64,000 nt of DNA from Steroidobacteraceae bacterium (GTDB lineage: Bacteria > Pseudomonadota > Gammaproteobacteria > Steroidobacterales > Steroidobacteraceae). Positions 1 to 9,903 of the stretch are shown piece after piece. The stretch spans positions 796-64,795 of the forward strand of contig DASSRK010000088.1 in NCBI GenBank assembly GCA_035701825.1. Reading direction: 5' to 3'. Each line of letters starts with the position of its first letter. Positions within the stretch are counted from its first letter, which is position 1. Position numbers and translations under genes: made by a program. The notes under the pieces are model-generated. The model saw nothing but the letters and a program-made list of their open reading frames with translations, did not search any database and was not told where the DNA came from.

Positions 1-99
1 CACGCCACGCCAAACAGCGCGATGATGACCACCGTCGCCGCGCGCCTCACGCCGGAAGACATCCGCAACCTCGCCTCGTACCTGCAGGGTCTGCGCTGA
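1..99 (+). CDS. cytochrome c4-like protein, C-terminal fragment (5' end outside window)
   Basis: Frame 1 runs to TGA at 97-99 and reads ...MMTTVAARLTPEDIRNLASYLQGLR, typical of the C-terminal helix of dihaem cytochrome c4. It lies directly upstream of dsbA, a common gammaproteobacterial arrangement. Confidence 0.55.
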   Translation, partial: HATPNSAMMTTVAARLTPEDIRNLASYLQGLR

Positions 100-117
100 T
101 CCGCCTCCGGGCCGCCG

Positions 118-810
118 ATGCGCCGCGGGTACCTGATCGCCAGCACGTTCGCCGCGGCCGCCGCCGCGGTGATCTTCTCGGTGGCGGCCTGCGCCGGCGG
201 CTCGGACACACCCGCCGAATCGCCGCTCGCCCGCTGGCAGGCCGGGACTAACTACACGCTGCTGGAGAAGCCGCAGCCGGTGAAGGTGGCGCGCGGCAAG
301 GTGCTGGTCACCGAGGTCTTCTGGTACGGGTGCCCGCACTGCAACGCGCTCGATCCCACGCTCGAAGCCTGGAAGCTCAGCAAGCCGGACTACGTGGAAT
401 TCGTGCGCGTCCCGGTGATCTGGGGCCCGGTGCATCGCCAGCACGCCAGGCTTTTCTACACGCTGCAGGCGCTCGGCCGCACCGACCTGCACCCGCGCGT
501 GTTCGAGGCCATCCATCGGGACGGCAACATCCTCGCGGCGCAGACCGACGAGGAGGCGCGCGCACTGCACCTCGCCTTCCTGCGGCAGCACGGCGTCACC
601 GAGAAGGCATTCAATGCTGCCTACGACTCGCCGGAGGTCGCGAGCAACCTGCAGCACGCCGAGGAATACACCCGTGACTACCAGGTCGCCAGCGTTCCGG
701 TGATGTTCGTCAACGGCAAGTACACGACCAGCGCGTCGGAGGCCGGTGGCCACGCCGAACTCGTCTCACTGCTCAACGATCTCGCGGCCAGCGAGAGGCA
801 GCGTCGCTAG
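118..810 (+). CDS. dsbA: thiol:disulfide interchange protein DsbA (periplasmic, signal peptide)
   Basis: 230-aa ORF with a hydrophobic N-terminus and the thioredoxin-fold active site FWYGCPHCNAL (CPHC). Confidence 0.9.
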   Translation: MRRGYLIASTFAAAAAAVIFSVAACAGGSDTPAESPLARWQAGTNYTLLEKPQPVKVARGKVLVTEVFWYGCPHCNALDPTLEAWKLSKPDYVEFVRVPVIWGPVHRQHARLFYTLQALGRTDLHPRVFEAIHRDGNILAAQTDEEARALHLAFLRQHGVTEKAFNAAYDSPEVASNLQHAEEYTRDYQVASVPVMFVNGKYTTSASEAGGHAELVSLLNDLAASERQRR

Positions 811-857
811 CGTCCGCGCTGGCAGCGCATTCGCGGCGCCCTGAAGGCTGGACCCGG

Positions 858-1832
858 ATGCTGAGCGCGTTCGTACCGCAACCCCAGGGCCTGGCCCGTT
901 TCGAACTGCGTGCCGGAGCGGCCATCCCCGGCGAGGCGATCTGGCTCGACCTGCTCGAGCCCACGCCGAACGAGGAGAAGCAGGTCGAGAGCTTCCTCAG
1001 CATCGACGTGCCGACGCGCGACGAAATGCGCGAGATCGAGGCGTCGAACCGGCTCTACGAGGAAGACGGCGCGCTCTACATGACCGCGACCGTGGTCACC
1101 AAGCTCGACAGCGACCTGCCCGAGAGCACGCAGATCACCTTCATCCTCTCCGCCATCAAACTGGTCACCAACCGTTACGTCGATCCGCTGCCGTTCCGCC
1201 GCTTCATCGCCTACGCCGAGCGCCACCCGAATTCCTGCAATTCTCCGGGCGCGGTACTCGCGGGCCTGGTCGAAGCGGTGGTCAACCGCGTGGCCGACGT
1301 CATCGAACGCGTGGCCACCGACCTCGATGGCGCGTCGGCCGAGGTGTTCAGCGCCTCGCGCAAGAAGCGCGGCGCCTTCCGCGATTTCCGCCAGGTGCTC
1401 GAACGACTCGGCCAGAACGGCGAGCTCATTTCAAAGGCCCGTGAGAGCCTGGTCAGCCTCGGGCGCCTGCTGACCTTCGTGCAGCAGAGCACCGTGGTAC
1501 CCATGCCCGATGACACGCGGGCGCGTTTCCGGACCTTGTCACGTGACGTGCTGGCGATGAGCGACCACGCCTCGTTCCTCGGGACCAAGGTGTCGTTCAT
1601 CCTCGATGCCACGCTGGGCCTCATCAACATCGACCAGAACAACATCCTCAAGATCTTCTCGGTCGTGACGGTGTTCCTGTTGCCCCCCTCGGTCATCGGC
1701 GCGGTTTTCGGCATGAATTTCTCGAAAATGCCCTGGCTGCACGACACCTGGGGATTCTGGGCGGCCATGGGGCTGATGCTGGTATCGGCCATCGGGCCCT
1801 GGGTGTTCTTCAAGCGGAAAGGCTGGCTGTAG
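858..1832 (+). CDS. corA: CorA-family magnesium/cobalt transporter
   Basis: 324 aa with two C-terminal TM segments and the signature GMNF motif ([11 protein letters not shown]). ATG at 858. Confidence 0.85.
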   Translation: MLSAFVPQPQGLARFELRAGAAIPGEAIWLDLLEPTPNEEKQVESFLSIDVPTRDEMREIEASNRLYEEDGALYMTATVVTKLDSDLPESTQITFILSAIKLVTNRYVDPLPFRRFIAYAERHPNSCNSPGAVLAGLVEAVVNRVADVIERVATDLDGASAEVFSASRKKRGAFRDFRQVLERLGQNGELISKARESLVSLGRLLTFVQQSTVVPMPDDTRARFRTLSRDVLAMSDHASFLGTKVSFILDATLGLINIDQNNILKIFSVVTVFLLPPSVIGAVFGMNFSKMPWLHDTWGFWAAMGLMLVSAIGPWVFFKRKGWL

Positions 1833-1853
1833 TTCGCTAGAATCCACGCCCCC

Positions 1854-1930
1854 GCGCCCGTAGCTCAGCTGGATAGAGTGACGGTTTCCGAAACCGTAGG
1901 TCACAGGTTCGAATCCTGTCGGGCGCGCCA
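1854..1930 (+). tRNA. tRNA-Arg (anticodon CCG)
   Basis: 77-nt cloverleaf read by hand. Acceptor GCGCCCG/CGGGCGC, anticodon stem ACGGT/ACCGT with loop TTCCGAA (CCG), T-arm ACAGG-TTCGAAT-CCTGT, encoded CCA. Confidence 0.9.
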
Positions 1931-1957
1931 GATCAGTCATCGCTATACTTCGCGCCC

Positions 1958-2470
1958 ATGAGCAAACAGGACTCTCATTTCTTCAATAATTTCAGTCTGG
2001 TACTCGGCATCTTGTTTGCCGTCACGCTGAGCTTGTTCGCCTTCGCGCGGCACATCGGTGCCGACCACCAGGGCCAGCAGGTGACCAGCGACCCCCGCTA
2101 CGTGGAAAGCGTGCAGGAGCGCCTGCAACCGGTGGCCCGCGTCGCCATCGCCGGCCAGGACAATTCGGCGCTGAAGATCGAAAGCGCGGGCCCGGCCACC
2201 GCGGCCGCGGCCATCCCGGCGAATGGTACGGCCGCCTACGAGACCGCCTGCCAGGCCTGCCACGGCGCGGGCATCGCGGGCGCTCCGAAGGTGGGCGACA
2301 AGGCCGCCTGGGGTCCGCGCATCGCGCAGGGCAAGGAAACGCTCTACAACCACGCGCTGCACGGCTTCAGCGGCAAGACCGGCGTGATGCCCGCCAAGGG
2401 CGGCCGCGCCGACTGGCCCGACGATCTCATCAAGCAGGCCGTCGACCACATCGTCGAGCTGAACAAGTAG
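1958..2470 (+). CDS. membrane-anchored c-type cytochrome (cytochrome c5 family)
   Basis: 170 aa with an N-terminal TM helix and a single haem-binding CQACHG motif followed by GVMPAKGG. Confidence 0.8.
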   Translation: MSKQDSHFFNNFSLVLGILFAVTLSLFAFARHIGADHQGQQVTSDPRYVESVQERLQPVARVAIAGQDNSALKIESAGPATAAAAIPANGTAAYETACQACHGAGIAGAPKVGDKAAWGPRIAQGKETLYNHALHGFSGKTGVMPAKGGRADWPDDLIKQAVDHIVELNK

Positions 2471-2473
2471 CCG

Positions 2474-4006
2474 TCAGTCGATCGCGCGCCGCAGCTGCAG
2501 GGCTTCGGCGAGATGAGCGGGGCCGATCTTCGGCCCCGTTTCTTTTTCCAGGTCGGCGATCGTTCGCGCCACGCGCAACGCGCGATGCACACCGCGCGCC
2601 GAGAGATTGAGACGCTGGCGCGCCTGGGCCAGGAGCCGCCGGCCCGCGCGATCGAGCAGGCAGTGTTGCTGGATCTCGTTGACGTTGAGATCGCTGTTCA
2701 GCTTGCCCGCGCGCGCACGTTGCACCTCGCGCGCGCCGCGCACGCGTTCGGCAACCACCGCCGTGCTGAGTGCATGCGGGTCGCGCGCCTCCGCGAGCAA
2801 CTCGTCGCTGGGTATCGAGGTGACTTCGACGCGCAGGTCGATGCGATCGAGCAGCGGGCCGGAAATCCGCGCGCGATAGCGCGCGATTTCAGGTGGCGCG
2901 CACCGGCACCTGCCCGCGGGGTCGCCGAGATATCCGCACGGACAGGGGTTCATCGCCGCCGCGAGCTGGAAGCGCGCGGGATATTCGACCTGCAGCGCGG
3001 TGCGCGCGATGGCCACCACGCCACTTTCGAGCGGTTCGCGCAGTGCCTCGAGTACCCCGCGGTTGAACTCCGGCAGTTCGTCGAGAAACAGCACACCGAG
3101 ATGCGCGAGGCTCACCTCGCCCGGCCGCGCACGCGGACCCCCGCCGATGATGGCGCTGGCCGAGGCGCTGTGGTGCGGAGCCCGGAACGGGCGGCGCCCA
3201 TAGTCGCGCGCACTGAATCCGCTGGTGCTCACCGATGCGATCGTGGCGACATCGAGCGCTTCGCCGGTATCGAGCGGCGGCAACAGGCCCGGCAGGCGCT
3301 GCGCCAGCATGCTCTTGCCGGTGCCCGGAGGACCGATGAACAGGATGCTGTGCGCCCCCGCGGCCGCGACGAGCAGCGCGCGCTTTGGCGCCGATTGGCC
3401 GCGCACGTCGAGAAGGTCCGGTTGGACAGCGCCGGGTGTTCCGTTCGCCGGCGCGGGCAATGCGAGGTACTCGTTCTCGAATGCCTCCGGATGGCGCCCG
3501 CTGCACATCTCGCTGACGGCGACCAGGCTGCGGGCGCCCGCAGAGCCGCGCGCGACCAACCTGGCTTCACTCAGATTGGCCGCCGGCACGATCACGTTTC
3601 GCCCCTCGCGTGACGCGTGCGCGGCGGCCAGCAGCACGCCGCGAATGGGCTTGAGCTCGCCGGCGAGACCGAGTTCGCCATAGAACTCGCTGCAGCCCAG
3701 CAGCCGTTCGGGAAACGACACCTGCGACGAGGCGAGCAGGATGCCGAGCGCGATCGGCAAGTCGTAACGGCAACCTTCCTTCGGAAGGTCCGCGGGTGAA
3801 AGGTTGACCGTGATGCGCCCCGCGGGATATTCGAAGCCCGAGTTCTGCAGTGCCGCGCGTACGCGATCCTTGCTTTCCTTCACCGCGGTGGCCGGCAGGC
3901 CGACGATGGAGAACTGGGGCAGTCCGGCGCCGAGATGCACCTCGACTTCCACGCGCGGTGCGGCGAGGCCGAGCTGCGCGCGAGATGCGACGCGCGCTAT
4001 TCCCAT
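2474..4006 (-). CDS. comM: YifB/ComM family Mg-chelatase-like AAA+ ATPase
   Basis: The track ORF 2474..4555 matches the family only from MGIARVASRAQLGL... (ATG at 4006). Walker A GPPGTGKS, Walker B LFLDELPEF, and a C-terminal HRALRVARTIADLE. The upstream 183 codons are Arg-rich and overlap ubiK. Confidence 0.9.
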   Translation of the reverse strand: MGIARVASRAQLGLAAPRVEVEVHLGAGLPQFSIVGLPATAVKESKDRVRAALQNSGFEYPAGRITVNLSPADLPKEGCRYDLPIALGILLASSQVSFPERLLGCSEFYGELGLAGELKPIRGVLLAAAHASREGRNVIVPAANLSEARLVARGSAGARSLVAVSEMCSGRHPEAFENEYLALPAPANGTPGAVQPDLLDVRGQSAPKRALLVAAAGAHSILFIGPPGTGKSMLAQRLPGLLPPLDTGEALDVATIASVSTSGFSARDYGRRPFRAPHHSASASAIIGGGPRARPGEVSLAHLGVLFLDELPEFNRGVLEALREPLESGVVAIARTALQVEYPARFQLAAAMNPCPCGYLGDPAGRCRCAPPEIARYRARISGPLLDRIDLRVEVTSIPSDELLAEARDPHALSTAVVAERVRGAREVQRARAGKLNSDLNVNEIQQHCLLDRAGRRLLAQARQRLNLSARGVHRALRVARTIADLEKETGPKIGPAHLAEALQLRRAID

Positions 4007-4074
4007 GTGGTGTTCGCGGCCATGACCCCTCCTTGGGTCCGGCGAAGCCCGGCTTCCGTGCCGGGAATTTGAAA

Positions 4075-4344
4075 TCAGCGGCCGGCCGAGCCGGTGAGTC
4101 TCGCTTCCAGTTCCGTCACGCGCTTCTCCAGCTCCTCGAGCCGCGCGCGGGTGCGTTCCAGCACCTTGCGTTGCGCGTCGAATTCCTCGCGCCCGGCGAG
4201 ATCGAGCTTGCCCAGGTTGGCGCGCAGGACCGCGCGAAAATTGTTCTCGAGGTCCTCGCGCAATCCCGAAGCACCGGAGACGAGCCCCGGCGGCAGGCCC
4301 TGCATCAGGCTGCGCAGCAATTCCTCGACCTTGGGTATCTCCAC
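4075..4344 (-). CDS. ubiK: ubiquinone biosynthesis accessory factor UbiK (YqiC/BMFP family)
   Basis: 89-aa coiled-coil protein containing LDLAGREEFDAQRKVLERTRARLEELEKRV, close to E. coli YqiC. GTG at 4344 is preceded by GGAG. The longer track ORF (to 4710) is a spurious extension. Confidence 0.8.
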   Translation of the reverse strand: MEIPKVEELLRSLMQGLPPGLVSGASGLREDLENNFRAVLRANLGKLDLAGREEFDAQRKVLERTRARLEELEKRVTELEARLTGSAGR

Positions 4345-4482
4345 GGGCGGCTCTCCTAACAACTTGACTCTTTCCCGCCCCTTTTTGTGGCGCGGACCGG
4401 GTTGGCGCCCCAATTTTGTGCGGTTCCCGGGACTGGTGGCGTCCTTTCGCGTCGCAGCGGGCCCCATCGCCGCGCCGGCGGC

Positions 4483-4498
4483 TGGCATGGAATCTGCA
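4483..4498 (+). promoter_or_regulatory. candidate sigma54 (RpoN) -24/-12 promoter for glnK-amtB
   Basis: TGGCATGGAATCTGCA matches the consensus TGGCAC-N5-TTGCA. GG and GC have the correct spacing. It lies 78 nt upstream of the glnK ATG. Confidence 0.6.
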
Positions 4499-4575
4499 CT
4501 CCCAGCACAGGCCAGTTGACTGGAAGCATACGCGCGCAGCGCGCGCTCGATCCATCGGATAACGATCCCGAAGCG

Positions 4576-4914
4576 ATGAAAATGATCAGCGCCATCATTC
4601 GCCCCTGGAAGCTCGACGACCTGCAAATGGCCGTCGCGCGCCTTGGCGTGCAGGGGATCACCGTCACCGAGGTCACCGGGTACGGCAGGCAGCGCGGCCA
4701 CGCGGAGCACTACCGCGGTTCCGAATACCAGGTCGAGTTCGTCCCGAAATTACGCGTCGAGATCGTGCTCGACGATGCCTCCGCCGAAGCGGTCGTCGAG
4801 GCCATCACCAACGTGTGCCGTACCGGGAAGACCGGCGACGGCAAGATTTTCCTGGCGCCTGTCGGGGAAGCCGTGCGCATACGCACGCGCGAATCCGGCG
4901 CGGCGGCAGCCTGA
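4576..4914 (+). CDS. glnK: P-II nitrogen regulatory protein GlnK
   Basis: 112 aa beginning MKMISAIIRPWKLDDL, with T-loop YGRQRGHAEHYRGSEY. Immediately upstream of amtB. Confidence 0.93.
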   Translation: MKMISAIIRPWKLDDLQMAVARLGVQGITVTEVTGYGRQRGHAEHYRGSEYQVEFVPKLRVEIVLDDASAEAVVEAITNVCRTGKTGDGKIFLAPVGEAVRIRTRESGAAAA

Positions 4915-4934
4915 CGTCGTTGAGGAGCGTTTAC

Positions 4935-6335
4935 ATGCAAATAGAAGAACGGAAGAGAACGAAGGGTGGCAGCGTGCTGCGCGGTCTCGGCGCAGCGCTG
5001 TCGAAGCTGATTGCGCCGCGGACCTCCTGGCTGTCGCGGGGAATGCTCGCGGCCCTGGTGCTGCTCGGGCCGGGCATCGCCGCGGCACAGGATGCCGCGG
5101 AAGCCGCGCCAGTGCCGAACAAGGGCGATACCGCGTGGATGATCGTCGCCACGCTGCTGGTCATCATGATGTCGGTGCCGGGGCTCGCCCTGTTCTACGG
5201 CGGCATGGTGCGCGCCAAGAACATGCTGTCGACGGCCATGCAGGTATTCGTGATCTTCTCGATGATCACCGTGCTGTGGGTCATCTACGGATACAGCCTG
5301 GCCTTCAACGGCCCGGGCGAGTGGCTCGGTGACGCGAGCCGCTTCCTCATGCACGGCCTCACCGCGGATTCCAATGCGGCCACCTTCACGCAGGGTGTCG
5401 TGATCCCGGAATTCGTGTTCGTGGTGTTCCAGGCGACGTTCGCCGCGATCACCACCGCGCTCGCGATCGGCGGCTTCGCCGAACGCACCAAGTTCAGCGC
5501 GGTGCTGTTGTGGGCAGTCATCTGGTTCACGTTCTCCTACCTGCCGATCGCGCGCATGGTGTGGTACAGCGAGGGCTTCCTGTTCAAGCTCGGCGCCCTC
5601 GACTACGCCGGCGGTACCGTCGTGCACATCAATGCCGGTATCGCGGGCCTGGTGGGCGCGCTGATCGTGGGCAAGCGTGTCGGCTACGGCACCAGCGCCA
5701 TGCCGCCGCACAACGTTCCGTACGTGATGACCGGCGCCGCGTTGCTCTGGGTCGGCTGGTTCGGCTTCAACGTGGGTTCGGGACTCGAGGCCAACAACTT
5801 CGCCGGACTGGTGTTCCTCAATACCTACGTCTGCACCGCGATGGCCGCCGTGGCCTGGACCTTCGGCGAGTGGATCTTCAAGGGCAAGCCGACCATGCTC
5901 GGCGCGGCTTCCGGCGCCATCGCCGGCCTGGTCGCGATCACGCCGTCCTGCGGCGTGGTGGGCCCGGTCGGAGCCATCGTGCTCGGCATCGTCGTCGGCC
6001 TGGTGTGCCTGTGGTCCTGCGCCAGTCTCAAGAAGATGCTCGGCTATGACGACTCGCTGGACGTGTTCGGCGTCCACTGCGTCGGTGGCATCCTGGGCGC
6101 GCTGTCCTGCGCGATCCTCGGTCACCCGTCGCTGGGCGGTGTCGGCAGCTTCGAGAGCATCGGCACGCAGCTGGGAATCCAGGCCACGGGCGTGGGCATC
6201 ACGCTCGCCTGGTCGGCGCTGGTTTCCGCGATTGCCTTCACGCTCGTGAAGTTCACGGTTGGCCTGCGTCCGAGCGAGGACGTCGAGCGCGAAGGCCTCG
6301 ACCTCTCCGAGCACGGCGAACGCGCCTACGACTGA
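4935..6335 (+). CDS. amtB: ammonium transporter AmtB
   Basis: Multi-TM Amt-family sequence (DTAWMIVATLLV, GGTVVHINAG, DVFGVHCVGG). ATG at 4935 lies 7 nt after GAGGAG. An alternative internal start at 5043 is possible. Confidence 0.92.
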   Translation: MQIEERKRTKGGSVLRGLGAALSKLIAPRTSWLSRGMLAALVLLGPGIAAAQDAAEAAPVPNKGDTAWMIVATLLVIMMSVPGLALFYGGMVRAKNMLSTAMQVFVIFSMITVLWVIYGYSLAFNGPGEWLGDASRFLMHGLTADSNAATFTQGVVIPEFVFVVFQATFAAITTALAIGGFAERTKFSAVLLWAVIWFTFSYLPIARMVWYSEGFLFKLGALDYAGGTVVHINAGIAGLVGALIVGKRVGYGTSAMPPHNVPYVMTGAALLWVGWFGFNVGSGLEANNFAGLVFLNTYVCTAMAAVAWTFGEWIFKGKPTMLGAASGAIAGLVAITPSCGVVGPVGAIVLGIVVGLVCLWSCASLKKMLGYDDSLDVFGVHCVGGILGALSCAILGHPSLGGVGSFESIGTQLGIQATGVGITLAWSALVSAIAFTLVKFTVGLRPSEDVEREGLDLSEHGERAYD

Positions 6336-6368
6336 TCCAGTCACGCAGGAACTGGAAAGCCTGAACTT

Positions 6369-6404
6369 GGCCCCGGCACCCCGTGCCGGGGCCATTTTCA
6401 TTTT
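6369..6404 (+). terminator. rho-independent terminator after amtB
   Basis: Perfect 11-bp stem GGCCCCGGCAC/GTGCCGGGGCC with a 3-nt loop, followed by ATTTTCATTTT. Confidence 0.75.
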
Positions 6405-6590
6405 CAGGACCGCCCGGAGCCCCTGTGTCCTGGGTCTCAATCCGGACCATCCGGGGCGCCGTCCTACGTGGGCAAAACCCTGGAAGGCTCGATCTTTCTG
6501 GCGGTTTCCGCAGCTGTACAGGCTTGTCTGTGATGGGCGTCAAGGGTTCTCATAGGGGCACCCTGCGATAATCGCGGCACCGGAGGAATC

Positions 6591-7076
6591 ATGCGTAGAC
6601 CGACCGCCCTTGCCGTCATTGCGAGCGTTTTCACCTGTGCCGTCCTGTCGAACACGGTCCAGGCAAGCGACGTCTACAAGTACGTCGATGAGAAGGGAAA
6701 CACGCTCTACACCGATCGCCCGATTCCCGGCGCGGTGCGCGTCAGCGGCGGCGTCCAGCGCCCGCCGGAAGTGGCCGCGCGCTCGTATGCCGCGCAGCAG
6801 GCGGCCACCAACCAGCAACTCACCGCGAGCAACCAGAAGATTGCGCAGGATCAGACCAACCAGCGCCTGGCGGCGACCGTTGCCAAGGACCTGGAAGCTT
6901 CCCGCGCCGAGCGATGCAAGAAGGCGCGCGCCGAGTACGAGACGGCGATCAATTCACGCCGCCTGTACCGCGAAGACAAGGATGGCAAGCGCGTGTACCT
7001 CACCGACGCCGAACTGTCGCAGCAGCGACTGAACGCCGCGCGCTCGGTCGAAGCGATCTGCGGCCCGCAGGGCTGA
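6591..7076 (+). CDS. DUF4124 domain-containing secreted protein
   Basis: 161 aa with a signal peptide, then the DUF4124-type motif DVYKYVDEKGNTLYTDRP, and a Gln/Ala-rich coiled C-terminal half. Confidence 0.75.
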   Translation: MRRPTALAVIASVFTCAVLSNTVQASDVYKYVDEKGNTLYTDRPIPGAVRVSGGVQRPPEVAARSYAAQQAATNQQLTASNQKIAQDQTNQRLAATVAKDLEASRAERCKKARAEYETAINSRRLYREDKDGKRVYLTDAELSQQRLNAARSVEAICGPQG

Positions 7077-7098
7077 ATATCCCGCCGATTCCCACGAA

Positions 7099-7136
7099 CG
7101 CCGGCCCTTCCACGCCAGGAAGGGCCGGCGTTTTCC
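7099..7136 (+). terminator. rho-independent terminator
   Basis: Perfect 13-bp stem CGCCGGCCCTTCC/GGAAGGGCCGGCG with a 6-nt loop, then TTTTCC. Confidence 0.75.
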
Positions 7137-7177
7137 GTTGTGGCGCCTGAGCGCCCGGAAATATACATTCCGCGTCC

Positions 7178-8059
7178 ATGTTGCGCGTCGGATTCGCAGG
7201 ACTCGGTGCCATGGGCGCGCCCATGGCGAGGAATCTCCACAAGGCCGGATTGCTGGCGGCGGTCTGGAATCGCAGCGGCGAGAAGGCGCAGGCGCTCGGC
7301 GCCGAACTCGGCGTGGCGACGCCGCGCACGCTCGCGGAATTCGCGCGAGGCCTCGATGCGGTGGTGATCTGTGTTTCGGCGGATGCCGACGTCCGCTCCG
7401 TGGTCGAGGGATTGCTGCCCGGCGTCGCGGCCGGCGCCCTGGTCATCGACTGCTCCACGGTGAGCGCGGACACGGCGCGCCGGGCAGCGCGAGAACTGGC
7501 GCAGCGTGGCGTGCAATTCATCGACGCACCGGTGAGCGGCGGTGTCGAGGGCGCCAGGAACGGCACGCTGGCCATCATGTGTGGCGGCGAGCGCGCCGCG
7601 TTCGAACGCGCGCGCCCGGTGCTCGCCGCCATGGGCAAGACCATCGAGCACTTCGGTGACAGCGGCGCGGGCCAGGCCACCAAGGCCACCAACCAGATCA
7701 TGTGTGCGGGCATCATCCGCGCCTGCGCCGAGGCCATGGCTTTTGCCGGCGCGCATGGATTGCCGCTCGATCGCGTGGTGGCGACCCTCGGCGCCGGCGC
7801 GGGCTCGAGCTGGTACTTCGTGCATCGCGCGCCGAACATGATCCGCGAGAGTTATCCGGCCGGCTTCCGCGTGAAACTGCACGCCAAGGATCTCGGCATC
7901 TGCCGTGACATGGCGGCGCGCTTCGGAGTATCGCTGCCGGTGGTGGACTCGATGCTGGCCGAATACGCCGAGCTGATCGCCCAGGGCCACGGCGACGAGG
8001 ACATCTCGGCCACGCACCGGCTCAAGCAGGCGCTCTTCCGGAACGCGGCCAGCGAGTGA
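7178..8059 (+). CDS. NAD(P)-dependent oxidoreductase, 3-hydroxyisobutyrate/2-hydroxy-3-oxopropionate reductase family
   Basis: 293 aa with an N-terminal Rossmann motif GFAGLGAMGAPMA and family motifs DAPVSGG and GAGQATKA.NQ. Confidence 0.85.
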   Translation: MLRVGFAGLGAMGAPMARNLHKAGLLAAVWNRSGEKAQALGAELGVATPRTLAEFARGLDAVVICVSADADVRSVVEGLLPGVAAGALVIDCSTVSADTARRAARELAQRGVQFIDAPVSGGVEGARNGTLAIMCGGERAAFERARPVLAAMGKTIEHFGDSGAGQATKATNQIMCAGIIRACAEAMAFAGAHGLPLDRVVATLGAGAGSSWYFVHRAPNMIRESYPAGFRVKLHAKDLGICRDMAARFGVSLPVVDSMLAEYAELIAQGHGDEDISATHRLKQALFRNAASE

Positions 8060-9153
8060 TTCCCGGCGCGCGCGAAGCCGGCCTCCGCGATCCCGTTCCC
8101 ACGGGCCAACTCTATCTACCCGACTTCTGCCGGGCGCGCGCCGTGCTGGCGATCGTGGTCATCTGCGAACTCACCGCGCTGGTGCTGGCGCTGGCGCGCA
8201 ACGAGGTGGCGCTCGGATTCTGGCCGGATCTCGGGCGCACCTCGATGTTCCTGCTGTGGATCGGCCTGTTCGGCGCCGGAATGCTGTGCGCGCTGCGCGG
8301 TTACCTGAACCGCCTGTCGCTCGGCAAGGGATCGGCGATCGTGCTCGGGCTGACCGCGATGCTGGTCATCGTCATTTCGTCCGTGGCCTGGTGGTTCGGC
8401 AACCGCGCCGACTGGTTCGGCGACACTTCGCTGGTCCGGCAGGACCACTGGACCTTCCTGGTGCGCAACGTCGGCATCGCGCTGGTGGTGACCGCGCTCG
8501 CGTTGCGCTACTTCTACGTCACGCACGAATGGCGGCACAACGTCGAGCTGCAGGCCAGGGCGCGCGTGCACGCGCTGCAGGCGCGCATCCGCCCTCACTT
8601 CCTGTTCAACAGCATGAACACCATCGCCGCGCTGACGCGCAGCAACCCGGCGCGCGCCGAGGAGGCGGTGCAGGACCTCGCCGACCTGTTCCGGGCCAAT
8701 CTCTCCGAGAAGCGCGACGAGATCCCGCTGTCCGACGAGATCGACGTGGCACGCACCTACCAGCGCATGGAGCAGCTGCGCCTGGGCGAGCGGCTGCGCG
8801 TCGAGTGGAAGATCGACCCGCTGCCGAGCAACGCGCTGGTGCCCGGCCTCACGCTGCAACCGCTGCTCGAGAACGCCATCTACCACGGCATCGAGCCGCG
8901 CGCCGACGGCGGCGTGGTGCGCGTGGTGGGCGAATTCAACAAGGGCATGATCACGATCGTCGTCCGCAACCCGTTGCCGGCGCCGAACCTGACCATGCGC
9001 GAGGGCAACCGTCTCGCCCTCGCCAACATCCGCGAACGGCTCGACCTCATGTACGGCGAGAGCGCCACGGTCAAGGCCGGCCGCTTCGACGACGAGTACA
9101 TCGTGACGTTGCGGTTCCCGTTCCGCGCCGTCGAGGACACGCGCCGGCCATGA
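8056..9153 (+). CDS. LytS/AlgZ(FimS)-type sensor histidine kinase
   Basis: Multi-TM N-terminus, a His_kinase motif RPHFLFNSMNTIA, and an HATPase region LLENAIYHG. GTG at 8056 overlaps the preceding stop, so the start is uncertain. Confidence 0.8.
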   Translation: MIPGAREAGLRDPVPTGQLYLPDFCRARAVLAIVVICELTALVLALARNEVALGFWPDLGRTSMFLLWIGLFGAGMLCALRGYLNRLSLGKGSAIVLGLTAMLVIVISSVAWWFGNRADWFGDTSLVRQDHWTFLVRNVGIALVVTALALRYFYVTHEWRHNVELQARARVHALQARIRPHFLFNSMNTIAALTRSNPARAEEAVQDLADLFRANLSEKRDEIPLSDEIDVARTYQRMEQLRLGERLRVEWKIDPLPSNALVPGLTLQPLLENAIYHGIEPRADGGVVRVVGEFNKGMITIVVRNPLPAPNLTMREGNRLALANIRERLDLMYGESATVKAGRFDDEYIVTLRFPFRAVEDTRRP

Positions 9154-9163
9154 GCTCCCTGCC

Positions 9164-9901
9164 ATGAGCCTGACGGTCCTGCTGGTCGACGACGAGGCGC
9201 CGGCGCGCGAGCGCCTGCGCTCCATGTTGCTCGAAGCACCGGGGTTCGAGATCGCGGGCGAGGCGGAAAACGGCCGCCGCGCGCTCGAGCTGTGCGATTC
9301 GCTGCAGCCGGACATCGTGCTGCTCGACGTGCGCATGCCCGGCATCGACGGGCTCGAGGTGGCGCGCCACCTGGCGACGCTGCCCGAGCCGCCGGCCGTG
9401 ATCTTCACCACCGCCTTCGAGGAGTACGCGTTGCAGGCCTTCGACTCGGCGGCCGTCGCCTATCTATTGAAGCCGATCCGCGCGGAGAAGCTGCAGGCGG
9501 CGCTCGCCAAGGCCGGCCGGCTCACGCGCCCGCAGCTGCAGCAGGTCGCGAGCGCCGCGCGCGAGCCCACGCGCCGCAGCCACATCGGGGTGCGCGGGCG
9601 CGACGGGCTCAAGCTCATCCCGGTCGAGGAAGTGCTGTGCTTCGTCGCCGACCAGAAATACACCACGTTGCGGCACCAGGGCGGCGAGGAGCTCATCGAC
9701 GACTCGCTCAAGACGCTGGAGGAAGAGCTGGGCGCGAGCTTCGTGCGCATCCATCGCAACGCGCTGGTCAACACGCGCTACCTCGAGCGCATCGCGCGCG
9801 ATGCCACCGGCCAGCACTTCGTGCACCTGCGCGGGCTCGCGGAACCACTCGAGGTGAGCCGGCGCATGGCCGGCGATCTCAAGGACCGCTTCCGGATCTG
9901 A
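9164..9901 (+). CDS. algR: LytR/AlgR-family response regulator (REC + LytTR DNA-binding domain)
   Basis: 245 aa. REC domain (LLVDDE...DIVLLDVRMPG) plus a LytTR domain (FVRIHRNALVN). Paired with the upstream kinase. Confidence 0.87.
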   Translation: MSLTVLLVDDEAPARERLRSMLLEAPGFEIAGEAENGRRALELCDSLQPDIVLLDVRMPGIDGLEVARHLATLPEPPAVIFTTAFEEYALQAFDSAAVAYLLKPIRAEKLQAALAKAGRLTRPQLQQVASAAREPTRRSHIGVRGRDGLKLIPVEEVLCFVADQKYTTLRHQGGEELIDDSLKTLEEELGASFVRIHRNALVNTRYLERIARDATGQHFVHLRGLAEPLEVSRRMAGDLKDRFRI

Positions 9902-9903
9902 CG

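Noticed and set aside
1854-4006. tRNA-Arg as an integration hot spot or genomic island border
   Set aside because: The downstream genes (cytochrome c5, intact comM) are core-like. I found no integrase and no partial tRNA 3'-end repeat nearby.
6405-6590. 186-nt untranslated spacer between the amtB terminator and the DUF4124 gene, examined for a riboswitch or sRNA
   Set aside because: It contains only short imperfect hairpins and a plausible -10 (GATAAT) for the downstream gene. It resembles no RNA family I can recognise and has no terminator of its own.
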